From Tagaea sp. (GTDB lineage Bacteria > Pseudomonadota > Alphaproteobacteria > CACIAM-22H2), in contig JBILXZ010000016.1 of the NCBI GenBank assembly GCA_044378015.1, positions 1,771 to 65,770 of the forward strand: a DNA stretch of 64,000 nt, written 5' to 3'. Position numbers and translations under genes: made by a program. Position 1 is the first letter of the stretch, and every line of letters starts with the position of its first letter. Below, piece by piece: positions 28,214 through 36,379 of this stretch. The notes under the pieces are model-generated. The model was not told the origin of the DNA, did not search any database, and saw only the letters and a list, made by a program, of their open reading frames with translations.

Positions 28214-28446
28214 AGCGCTCCGGCGCTTTTGCGAATGTCGAACACGAACACGCCGTCTTGTTCGACGAATTTCTCGAGCGTGGCGCCGGTGTTGCGGCAC
28301 AAAGCCTCGAAATCGCGCACCGCTCCGGGGTCCGTCGCCAGCACCTGAAGGGCTGCCCCGGCGGGCAAGCCCGCCATCGCTTTTTTGGCGCGCAGCACCG
28401 GCAGCGGACAGTTGAGACCTTTGAGATCGAGGATCGTCACCGACAT
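28210..28446 (-). CDS. TusA/SirA-like sulfurtransferase (YeeD/YedF family)
   Basis: LDLKGLNCPLPVLRAKKAM (CPxP), VLATDPGAVRDF. Confidence 0.9.
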   Translation of the reverse strand: MSVTILDLKGLNCPLPVLRAKKAMAGLPAGAALQVLATDPGAVRDFEALCRNTGATLEKFVEQDGVFVFDIRKSAGAL

Positions 28447-28548
28447 TTTTCGGCTCTCCGTTTGTGTTCGCGAAGCCTACGGGTTGAATATGCAGGGCTG
28501 CAAGTCCTACATTCGCCTCCCTGCCTTGCCACGAAAGGCCCGCACGCG

Positions 28549-29652
28549 ATGTCCGACCTGCCCGTCCATCAACTTGTTGCCCTGCTCGGTTTCGGCCTCG
28601 GAGCGGCGTTCGGGGCGGTCGTGCAGCGCACGAATTTCTGCGCGATGGGATCGGTATCCGACATCGTCTATCTCGCGGATTGGGGACGCTTCCGCGCTTG
28701 GCTGCTCGCGATCGCGGTCGCTGTCGCCGGCGCGAGCGCGCTCGACGCCGCAGGCCTCGTCGATCTAGGCCAAGCCATCTACGCGAACCCCAATCTCGGC
28801 TGGCTCGGCGCCATTCTAGGCGGGCTGCTGTTCGGGGTCGGCATGACGCTGGCGAGCGGCTGCGGCAGCCGCAGCCTCGCCCGGCTCGGGGCCGGCAACC
28901 TCAAAAGCCTCGTCGTGGTTCTCGTCCTTGCAGTCTTTGCGTACGCCACGCTGCGCGGCCTCCTCGGGGCCGCACGCGCGGCCGCGATCGAGCCGACGAA
29001 TATCGATCTGCGCGCATACGGGCATTCCACGCAATTTCTGCCCGATCTGCTCGCAGCGTGGACCGGACTCGAGGCCGACCGCATCCGTCTCGCGCTCGCG
29101 GCATCCGTCGTGCTCGGCCTGCTCTGGTTCTGCCTCAAAGACCGCAGCTTCCGCGCGGACGCGCGCAATCTCGCGTCGGGCGTGCTGATCGGCCTCTTGG
29201 TCGCGGCGGGTTGGGCGGCCACCGGCATTGTCGGCAAAGACGATTTCGAGCCTGCGCCGCTTGCTTCCTTCACCTTCGTGGCCCCGATCGGCGACGCGCT
29301 CGTCTATCTGATGACGTGGACGGGCGCGAAGATCGGCTTCGGCACGGCAAGCGTGTTCGGCGTCGTCGTCGGCGCTTTTGCAGCCGCACGGCTCAATGGC
29401 GAATTCCGGATCGAGGGCTTCTCCGGAACGGCCGACCTGCTTCGCCATCTCGCCGGGGCAGCGATGATGGGTACCGGCGGCGTGCTTGCTTTGGGCTGCA
29501 CTGTCGGCCAAGGCATCACCGGTCTATCGACGATGGCGGTCGGCTCGGTTCTGGCGTTTGCGGCCCTCGTTGCGGGCGCGGTCCTCGGTCTCAAATATCT
29601 CGAGCATGGCGGCATCCTCGCCACCCTCAGGGCTTTGACGGCGCGCGCATGA
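28549..29652 (+). CDS. YeeE/YedE family sulfur/thiosulfate transporter
   Basis: Three Cys motifs: QRTNFCAMG, GMTLASGCGS, GGVLALGCTVGQG; start trimmed to MSDLPVH. Confidence 0.88.
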   Translation: MSDLPVHQLVALLGFGLGAAFGAVVQRTNFCAMGSVSDIVYLADWGRFRAWLLAIAVAVAGASALDAAGLVDLGQAIYANPNLGWLGAILGGLLFGVGMTLASGCGSRSLARLGAGNLKSLVVVLVLAVFAYATLRGLLGAARAAAIEPTNIDLRAYGHSTQFLPDLLAAWTGLEADRIRLALAASVVLGLLWFCLKDRSFRADARNLASGVLIGLLVAAGWAATGIVGKDDFEPAPLASFTFVAPIGDALVYLMTWTGAKIGFGTASVFGVVVGAFAAARLNGEFRIEGFSGTADLLRHLAGAAMMGTGGVLALGCTVGQGITGLSTMAVGSVLAFAALVAGAVLGLKYLEHGGILATLRALTARA

Positions 29653-30050
29653 CCGTCGCGTCGCTCGCCGTGTCCATAAAAGGCGTGCTTGCGATCGACG
29701 GGCGCTTTTGCCTGCTGCGAAATGCGCGCGGCGAATGGGAATTGCCGGGCGGCCGTCCCGAGCCCGACGAAGAACCGGAAGCAGCTTGCCTGCGCGAGAT
29801 CGCCGAAGAACTCGGGCTCGCAGCCGAGATCGCTCGAATTCTCGACAGTTGGCGCTATCGCGTGCTGCCGGAACGGCACGTACTGATCGTGACCTATGCC
29901 TGCCGGCCGCTTGCGGGCGTGCGTCCGCGCGCGAGCGACGAACATGTCGAATATGGCCTGTTCGAACCCGCCGAGATCGAGGCCCTTGCCATGCCTGCAG
30001 GCTACAAAGCCTCGATCCGGCGCTATCTCGCGGACCCGCCGCGCGGTTAA
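29649..30050 (+). CDS. NUDIX hydrolase
   Basis: Nudix box WELPGGRPEPDEEPEAACLREIAEELG; ATGA overlap with yeeE. Confidence 0.88.
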   Translation: MTVASLAVSIKGVLAIDGRFCLLRNARGEWELPGGRPEPDEEPEAACLREIAEELGLAAEIARILDSWRYRVLPERHVLIVTYACRPLAGVRPRASDEHVEYGLFEPAEIEALAMPAGYKASIRRYLADPPRG

Positions 30051-31069
30051 GGCGAAATGCGGCGCGCAGGCGCGGGCGGCAGGAAGGCTTCGGTGTAGAC
30101 GTCCTCGGGTTTCGCGCGGCCTGCGACATTGTAGGCCTCGGCCACCGTCGCGACCGATGCGGCGAGGCGTGCCGCAGGGACCGACGACAGGCCGTTGCGC
30201 TTGACGTTGTCGGTCAGCATCGTGAGATCGCGGACCATTTCGAAGCGTTCGAGCTCGATAGCTTCGTTGAACAGCGGATCGCGCTGCTTGAGCTGCGCCA
30301 TGCCGCCCTTGGGATCGGCAAGCGCGTCGCGCACGCCCGCGATCGACGCGCGCACGAAGCGGCGCACCGTCTCGGGATTTTTCGCTGCGAAGGACTGGCT
30401 GACGATCAGGGCCGAGCCCATCAGATCGACGCCGTAGTCGTTGTAGCGATAGACCATCAGTTCGGAGGGCTGCACGCCCGCCATCTTGATGTTGAACACG
30501 CTCGTCGAGATGAAGCCCGTCACGCCGTCGACTTGGCGCTGGACGAGCAGCGTTTCGCGCAGCTGCGGGGTAACGGTCTGCCAGTTGATGCGCGCAAGGT
30601 CGATGCCTTGCGCGCGCGCGAAAGCCGGGAACAGCATGCGGCCCGCATCGGCTTCGGGCGCGGCAAGCTTCCGTCCTTCGAGACCCTTGGGATTCGCGAC
30701 GGTGCCTTTGCGCAGGATGACGGCGGCCAGCGACTGGTCCATCACCAGCAGCACGCCCGTGATCTTGTCCGCGTTGGCCGGGTTGGCGTTGAAAGGGATC
30801 ACCGTGTTGAGATCGGCATATCCGATGTCGTAGGCGCCCGACGCGATCTTGGTGACCGTGTCGCCCGAGCCAAAGCCGCGATCCATCGTCACGGCGAGCC
30901 CTTCGCGCGCGTAGTGGCCTTTGTCGAGCGCCATCGTGAAGACGGCATGGTTGCCCTGCAGCGCCCAATCGAGCGCGAATTTCACGGGCGTCTGTGCCTG
31001 CGCGGACGAGGCAGTCGCGGCGGCAGCGAAAAACATGGCGGCGGCAAGCCGCACGGACCGCTTGAACAT
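30047..31069 (-). CDS. NMT1/THI5 (SsuA/TauA-like) ABC substrate-binding protein; no partner genes nearby
   Basis: Signal peptide; FALDWALQGNH, GHYAREGL, RGFGSGD, DLEGRK-like PKGLEGRK. Confidence 0.8.
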   Translation of the reverse strand: MFKRSVRLAAAMFFAAAATASSAQAQTPVKFALDWALQGNHAVFTMALDKGHYAREGLAVTMDRGFGSGDTVTKIASGAYDIGYADLNTVIPFNANPANADKITGVLLVMDQSLAAVILRKGTVANPKGLEGRKLAAPEADAGRMLFPAFARAQGIDLARINWQTVTPQLRETLLVQRQVDGVTGFISTSVFNIKMAGVQPSELMVYRYNDYGVDLMGSALIVSQSFAAKNPETVRRFVRASIAGVRDALADPKGGMAQLKQRDPLFNEAIELERFEMVRDLTMLTDNVKRNGLSSVPAARLAASVATVAEAYNVAGRAKPEDVYTEAFLPPAPARRISP

Positions 31070-31156
31070 CGAAAATCCCCCCGGACTGTGATGGCACTTG
31101 TGCCACACTGCCAGACGCTCGCCGCAACGTCAATCCGCGGCCACGGAGAACGGCGG

Positions 31157-31744
31157 ATGGGATTGATCGACGCATTCTGGGGCGGGATTGCAAGCCTTGC
31201 CGGTCCGTCCCGCCTCGCGCTGCTGCTTCCGTTCGCCGCCCTGCTGCAGCTGGCGGGCCCCTTGACGCCGCGTGCGACGGCCGCTTGGGTCGCCGCATTT
31301 TGTGCGGGTTTTGCGGCCAGCCTCGCCGGCCTCGACATCGCGGGCGCGCAGGCCGCCAAAGCCTGGGGCTGGATCGTGCTGGCGGCAGGGCTTGCACTTG
31401 CGGGCTTCGGCGTTGCCGCGGCCGGCGCTTTTGGGCAACCGCGTCGGCCGGGGTTGGCAATGGCGGCACTGCTCGGCGCGTGTCTCGCCTTCGGCGCCAC
31501 GCCGTTTCGCGGACCGATCCTGCAGGAAAGCGACCTGCTTGGTCTCAGCCTCTACGCGCTCGGCGCTTGCGCCGGCGCTCTGATCCTCGCAAGGTGCTTG
31601 CAGCCGCTGCTGCGCTTGGGCCCCTCGCCTGCTGTCTGCGGCGTGGCGCTGATTGCGACGGGCGGGCTCGTCGCGATTGGCGCCTATGCCGGGCTCGGCT
31701 TTTGGCTGATCGAGTGGATACCCGGGATCGCGAAGCTCGGCTAA
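31157..31744 (+). CDS. CcdA-like (cytochrome c biogenesis) membrane protein lacking both redox cysteines
   Basis: AFWGGIASLAGPSRLALL resembles GLLSFLSPCVLP; LAFGATPFRGPIL resembles FAFGWTPCIGPIL; C-terminus FWLIEWIPGIAKLG resembles alphaproteobacterial CcdA. Confidence 0.6.
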   Translation: MGLIDAFWGGIASLAGPSRLALLLPFAALLQLAGPLTPRATAAWVAAFCAGFAASLAGLDIAGAQAAKAWGWIVLAAGLALAGFGVAAAGAFGQPRRPGLAMAALLGACLAFGATPFRGPILQESDLLGLSLYALGACAGALILARCLQPLLRLGPSPAVCGVALIATGGLVAIGAYAGLGFWLIEWIPGIAKLG

Positions 31745-31834
31745 AGTCGGCGTTTAGTTCCTTTGCATTGCGCTTGCGGGGCCTGATGCGCCAATAGCTT
31801 CCGCAACTTGCCTCTCGCGCGAGCGCGCCTTATT

Positions 31835-31850
31835 TTGTTCGCAAGAACAA
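31835..31850. promoter_or_regulatory. Palindromic operator candidate upstream of fccAB
   Basis: TTGTTC-GCAA-GAACAA, 25 nt before the fccA ATG. Confidence 0.4.
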
Positions 31851-31874
31851 TTCCGAGCTGGAGAAATCGCCCGT

Positions 31875-32195
31875 ATGAAACCGTTTTTGTCCGCGCTGTT
31901 CGGTCTCGCATTTGGCGCAGCGAGCCTGCCCGCTTTTGTCGCTGCCCAAACGCCGTCTGCACCCGCCTCGGGGCGCGTGCTGGTCGCCACCTGCACCGGC
32001 TGCCACGGCCAGAACGGCAAGAGCGCGGGCGCGATCCCGGCCCTTGCCGGACAAAGCGAGGCGCAAATCCGCCAGGCGATGCTCGACTACAAAAACGACC
32101 GTCGCGCCGGCACGATGATGAACCGCCACGCCAAAGGCTTCAGCGACGAAGAAATCGGCGCCATCGCGCGCGAAATCGCGACGAACTGGCGCTAA
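31875..32195 (+). CDS. fccA: Monoheme cytochrome c, flavocytochrome c sulfide dehydrogenase cytochrome subunit
   Basis: Signal peptide, CTGCH heme motif, IPALAGQ, TMMNRHAKG; adjacent to the FCSD flavoprotein. Confidence 0.8.
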   Translation: MKPFLSALFGLAFGAASLPAFVAAQTPSAPASGRVLVATCTGCHGQNGKSAGAIPALAGQSEAQIRQAMLDYKNDRRAGTMMNRHAKGFSDEEIGAIAREIATNWR

Positions 32196-32209
32196 GGGAG
32201 ATCGCACAC

Positions 32210-33514
32210 ATGGCCCAATTCAAAATGTCGCGGCGCGCCTTCGGCGCTTCGCTTCTTGCTTCGAGCGCTTTGTCGGCCTGCGCCGTCCAAACCGAGCCCG
32301 CCGCCAAAGCCCGCGTCGTGGTCGTGGGCGGCGGCTTCGGCGGCGCGACGGCTGCCAAATTCCTGCGTCTGGAAGACCCCGGCATCGCCGTCACGCTCGT
32401 CGAACCGAAATCCGAATTCCAGACCTGCCCGTTTTCGAACTACGTGCTGTCGGGCTTCAAGACGATGGCCGACATCACGCACAGCTATTCGGCCCTCGCG
32501 CGCGCGCACGGCGTGCGCCACATCCGCGAGACGGCCGTAGCGATCGACGCGGCCGCCAAGACCGTGCGCACCAGCGGCGGCCAAACGCTCCCCTACGACA
32601 AGCTCGTGCTGTCGCCCGGCATCGAGATTCGCTACGGCGCGCTCGAGGGCTACGATGCGGCCGCAGCCGAGCGCATGCCGCATGCCTGGGCCGCTGGCGC
32701 CCAGACCGTGCTGCTGCGCCGCCAGCTCGAAGCGATGCCGGACGGCGGCACCGTCGTGCTTTCGATCCCGGCAAACCCGTTCCGTTGCCCGCCGGGCCCG
32801 TACGAGCGCATCGCGATGATCGCGCATTATCTCAAAACGACGAAACCGCGCGCGAAAATCCTCGCCCTCGACGCCAAAGACGCGTTCTCGAAACAAGCGC
32901 TTTTCCAGGACGGCTGGCAGAGCCAGTACGGCGCCATGATCGAGTGGGTCCCGCTCGGCAAGGACGGCAAAGTCGCGCGCGTCGATCCGGCGGCGATGAC
33001 GCTGACGTCGGAATTCGGCGAAGTCCACAAAGCCTCGGTCGCCAACGTGATCCCGCCGCAATCGGCGGGCCGAATCGCGGTCGCAAGCGGCCTTGTCGCG
33101 ACGGAAGGCGCGCTTGCCGGCTGGTGCCCGGTCGATCCTTTCACGTTCGAATCGACGCGCGCCAAAGACATCCACGTAATCGGCGACGCGTCGATCGCGG
33201 GCGCGATGCCAAAATCGGGCTTTGCGGCTTCGAGCCAGGCGAAATTCCTGGCCCAAGCCATCGGTGCGGTCGTGAACGGACGGCCGGTGCCGACGGCCGT
33301 GTTCGCAAACACCTGCTACTCGCTGATAACGCCCGACTACGGTATTTCGGTCGCCGACGTGTTCCGCCCGACGGCGCAAGGCATTGTCGCGGTTCAGGGG
33401 GCGGGCGGGGTAACTCCGCGCACGCCCGCGGACGGAGCCCACTTCCGCGCCCAGGAAGCGCACTATGCCGAAAGCTGGTACGCCGCAACGACGAAAGAAA
33501 CCTGGGGCAGCTGA
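32210..33514 (+). CDS. fccB: Flavocytochrome c sulfide dehydrogenase flavoprotein subunit (FccB/SoxF)
   Basis: Tat motif SRRAFG, VVVVGGGFGGATAAK, TCPFSN, FRCPPGPYER, MPKSGFAA, NTCYSL. Confidence 0.9.
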   Translation: MAQFKMSRRAFGASLLASSALSACAVQTEPAAKARVVVVGGGFGGATAAKFLRLEDPGIAVTLVEPKSEFQTCPFSNYVLSGFKTMADITHSYSALARAHGVRHIRETAVAIDAAAKTVRTSGGQTLPYDKLVLSPGIEIRYGALEGYDAAAAERMPHAWAAGAQTVLLRRQLEAMPDGGTVVLSIPANPFRCPPGPYERIAMIAHYLKTTKPRAKILALDAKDAFSKQALFQDGWQSQYGAMIEWVPLGKDGKVARVDPAAMTLTSEFGEVHKASVANVIPPQSAGRIAVASGLVATEGALAGWCPVDPFTFESTRAKDIHVIGDASIAGAMPKSGFAASSQAKFLAQAIGAVVNGRPVPTAVFANTCYSLITPDYGISVADVFRPTAQGIVAVQGAGGVTPRTPADGAHFRAQEAHYAESWYAATTKETWGS

Positions 33515-33604
33515 GCCGGACGCCCATGGGCCGACGATCTTTGCGCTTGGCGCGAATCTCCCCGCCTGCTTGAGTAGGGGGCGAAAAAGCGGGGAGAGAC
33601 GGCC

Positions 33605-34357
33605 ATGAACAAGATCGATCTCGGCGGCAAGCGGGCCGTCGTTACGGGCGGCGCGCGCGGCATCGGCCTTGCCGTTGCGGAACGGTTTCTGGCTTCGGGT
33701 GCGAAGGTGGCGCTCTGGGACCGCGATCCGACCGCGATCGACGCAGCAGCCAAACGGCTTGCAGCCGGCGATCGTCTGGCAGGTATCGTGGTCGATGTCG
33801 CAGAAGAAGCCGCGATCGCCGCAGCCGTTTCAGCAACGGCGGGCGCGTTCGGCGGCATCGACATCCTCGTCAACAACGCCGGAATCACCGGACCCAACGC
33901 ACCGACTTGGGAGTATCCGGTTGCGGACTGGAAGCGCGTGATCGACGTCGATCTTACGGGGCCGTTCCTCTGCAGCCGCGCGGCGGTGCCCGTGATGCTC
34001 GAAGGCGGCTGGGGACGCGTCGTCAACATCGCCTCGGTCGCGGGCAAAGAGGGCAATCCGAACGCGCCGGCCTACTCGGCCGCAAAAGCGGGGCTAATCG
34101 CGCTGACGAAATCGATGGGCAAGGAACTCGCGAAATCGAACGTGCTCGTGAACTGCATAACGCCGGCCGTGGCCGACACCGACATCCTCAAGCAGATGAG
34201 CGAGGCGCACGTCGCCTACATGCTCGGAAAAATCCCGATGGGGCGCTTCGTGCAGATCGGCGAGATTGCGGCGATGGCGGCTTGGCTCGCCTCGCCGGAA
34301 TGCTCGTTCACCACCGGCGGCGTGTTCGACATCACCGGCGGACGAAGCACCTATTGA
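33605..34357 (+). CDS. Short-chain dehydrogenase/reductase (FabG-like)
   Basis: TGGARGIG, NNAGI, NIAS, YSAAK. Confidence 0.88.
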   Translation: MNKIDLGGKRAVVTGGARGIGLAVAERFLASGAKVALWDRDPTAIDAAAKRLAAGDRLAGIVVDVAEEAAIAAAVSATAGAFGGIDILVNNAGITGPNAPTWEYPVADWKRVIDVDLTGPFLCSRAAVPVMLEGGWGRVVNIASVAGKEGNPNAPAYSAAKAGLIALTKSMGKELAKSNVLVNCITPAVADTDILKQMSEAHVAYMLGKIPMGRFVQIGEIAAMAAWLASPECSFTTGGVFDITGGRSTY

Positions 34358-35226
34358 GGCGCGAACCTGGCAGCGAGAAACTCGAGCACGGCGGGAAGCG
34401 CGGCGGCCCATGTGCCCCAATCGTGGTCGCCTTCGGTCGCGACGCTCGTCACCGCAAGGCCTGCGGCTTTCAGTCGCGATCCCATCGCGTCCTGTTCTTC
34501 GCCAAGGCGAAAACGGTCGCCGAGACCGACGGTGAGATAGAGAGCCGGCCGGGGCGCCCCCGATGCCAAGCGACGCGCGGTCTGTTCGGGATCGCGCGCC
34601 ACGAAAAACTTGGGATCGAAAGGTTCGCCGAACGCGCCGGAGAACACGCGCCCGAGACGTGCGGCCATCGCGGCGTCGATCTGCGTGTCGGGCTTGATGC
34701 GCGTCCAGAAGGCCCCGCTCATCGAGGCGGCGGCCACGTAGCGCTCGGGATGGGCAAGCGCGATGCGCACTGCGCCGAAGCCGCCCATCGAATTGCCGGC
34801 GATGGCGCGGCCCTCGCGGTCGCGGCGCACATCGAAATTCCGCTCAATTTCGGCCGCAAGATCGCGCACGATCGCGGTCTCCGCCGCCATCGCGGGCCCG
34901 TCCACGTACCAGCCGTTGCCCGCATCGGGCAGCACGAGCATCAGAGGCGGAATGCGACCGGCCGCCACAAGCCGGTCGAGCGTTTCGCCGACACGCCCGA
35001 GCCGCAGCCAATCGGCGGCCGAGCTGTCGCGCCCATGCAGAAGATATACGACCGGCAGCGTGCCTTGCGCCTTGTCGGGGCGTACGGTCGAATAGTTCGC
35101 TGCCCGTCCGAGCGCCGCGCTTACGTAATGCCGGTCGACCGCGACTTCGCTTGCGTTGGCGGCGTCGGCAAACGCGAGCACGGCGGCGAAGGCGAGCTTG
35201 CTAATCTTCGAACGGCAGACCGACAT
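34351..35226 (-). CDS. Secreted alpha/beta-hydrolase, putative esterase (PF00756-like)
   Basis: Signal peptide; VVYLLHG, GNSMGG nucleophile elbow, HDW; 5' end overlaps the pobA 3' end by 26 nt. Confidence 0.8.
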   Translation of the reverse strand: MSVCRSKISKLAFAAVLAFADAANASEVAVDRHYVSAALGRAANYSTVRPDKAQGTLPVVYLLHGRDSSAADWLRLGRVGETLDRLVAAGRIPPLMLVLPDAGNGWYVDGPAMAAETAIVRDLAAEIERNFDVRRDREGRAIAGNSMGGFGAVRIALAHPERYVAAASMSGAFWTRIKPDTQIDAAMAARLGRVFSGAFGEPFDPKFFVARDPEQTARRLASGAPRPALYLTVGLGDRFRLGEEQDAMGSRLKAAGLAVTSVATEGDHDWGTWAAALPAVLEFLAARFAPQ

Positions 35227-36379
35227 AGTTCTCCGCCAGGCTCGCCAAAGCGGCGCGCGAAGACACGAGATATTCGAGCTCGGCGAATTGCCGACGCTCG
35301 TCGAACGGCGTTTCGTCGCCGAACTTGTGCAAAAGCGACGTCATCCACCAAGAGAAACGCTGCGCCTTCCACACGCGCCTGAGCGCCGTCGCCGAATAGG
35401 CGTCGAGCCGCGTGCCGTCGCCGCGCTTGATCCGGGCTTCGAGCGCGCGCGCCAGCAGCCGAACGTCGCCGATCGCGAGATTCATTCCCTTGGCGCCCGT
35501 CGGCGGAACGATATGCGCGGCATCGCCCGCCAGGAACAGCCGCCCGCTCTGCATGGGCTCGGTCACGAAGCTGCGCATGGCGGTGATGCCCTTCTGCAGC
35601 ATCGGCCCTTCGGTCGCAAGGCCGCCCAAGCGGCGTTTCAGCTCCGCCCAGATGCGCGCATCGGGCCAGTTGGCGAGGTCGTCGTCGGGCTCGCACTGCA
35701 GATAGAGGCGGCTGATTTCGGGCGAGCGCATCGAGAGCAACGCAAACCCGTCGGCATGGCGCGCGTAAACGAGCTCTTCGCAGGCGGGCGGCGCCTTGGC
35801 AAGAATGCCGAGCCAGCCGAACGGATACTGGCGGTCGAAAAAGCGAAGCTCGCCTGCCGGTACGGAAGGGCGCGCGACGCCGTGGAACCCGTCGCAGCCG
35901 GCCACGAAATCGCATACGAGCTTTTTGGGCCGTCCCTGCTCGACGAAATGCAGTTCAGGGGCGGCGCCCTTGAATTCCCGAATCGCCACGTCTTTGGCCT
36001 CGAAGCGCAGATCGCCGCGCGCCGCAAGGCGTGCCGCGATCAGATCCTTGACGACCTCATGCTGGCCGTAGACCGTGACGGCCTTGCCGTCGGTGAGGTC
36101 CGCCAGATCGACGCGGCGGTTCGCGCCGTCGAAATGGAGATTTACGCCGGTATGGCGCAGGCCCTCGCGGCGCAGGCGCGCGCCCACGCCCGCCTCTTCG
36201 AGCAGCGCCGCCGCGCCGTGCTCGATCACGCCCGCGCGGATCCGCTCTTCGACGTAGCTGCGCGTACGGTCTTCGAGCACGACCGATTCGATGCCTTCGA
36301 GATGCAGAAGATGCGACAGCAGAAGCCCGGCAGGCCCGGCGCCGACGATGCCGACCTGGGTGCGCAACGTCGCGGTCAT
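35201..36379 (-). CDS. pobA: 4-hydroxybenzoate 3-monooxygenase
   Basis: GAGPAGL, RIRAGVIE, VTVYGQHEV, GCDGFHG, YPFGWLG, GDAAHIVPPTGAKGMNLA, LAENYVGLP. Confidence 0.93.
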   Translation of the reverse strand: MTATLRTQVGIVGAGPAGLLLSHLLHLEGIESVVLEDRTRSYVEERIRAGVIEHGAAALLEEAGVGARLRREGLRHTGVNLHFDGANRRVDLADLTDGKAVTVYGQHEVVKDLIAARLAARGDLRFEAKDVAIREFKGAAPELHFVEQGRPKKLVCDFVAGCDGFHGVARPSVPAGELRFFDRQYPFGWLGILAKAPPACEELVYARHADGFALLSMRSPEISRLYLQCEPDDDLANWPDARIWAELKRRLGGLATEGPMLQKGITAMRSFVTEPMQSGRLFLAGDAAHIVPPTGAKGMNLAIGDVRLLARALEARIKRGDGTRLDAYSATALRRVWKAQRFSWWMTSLLHKFGDETPFDERRQFAELEYLVSSRAALASLAENYVGLPFED

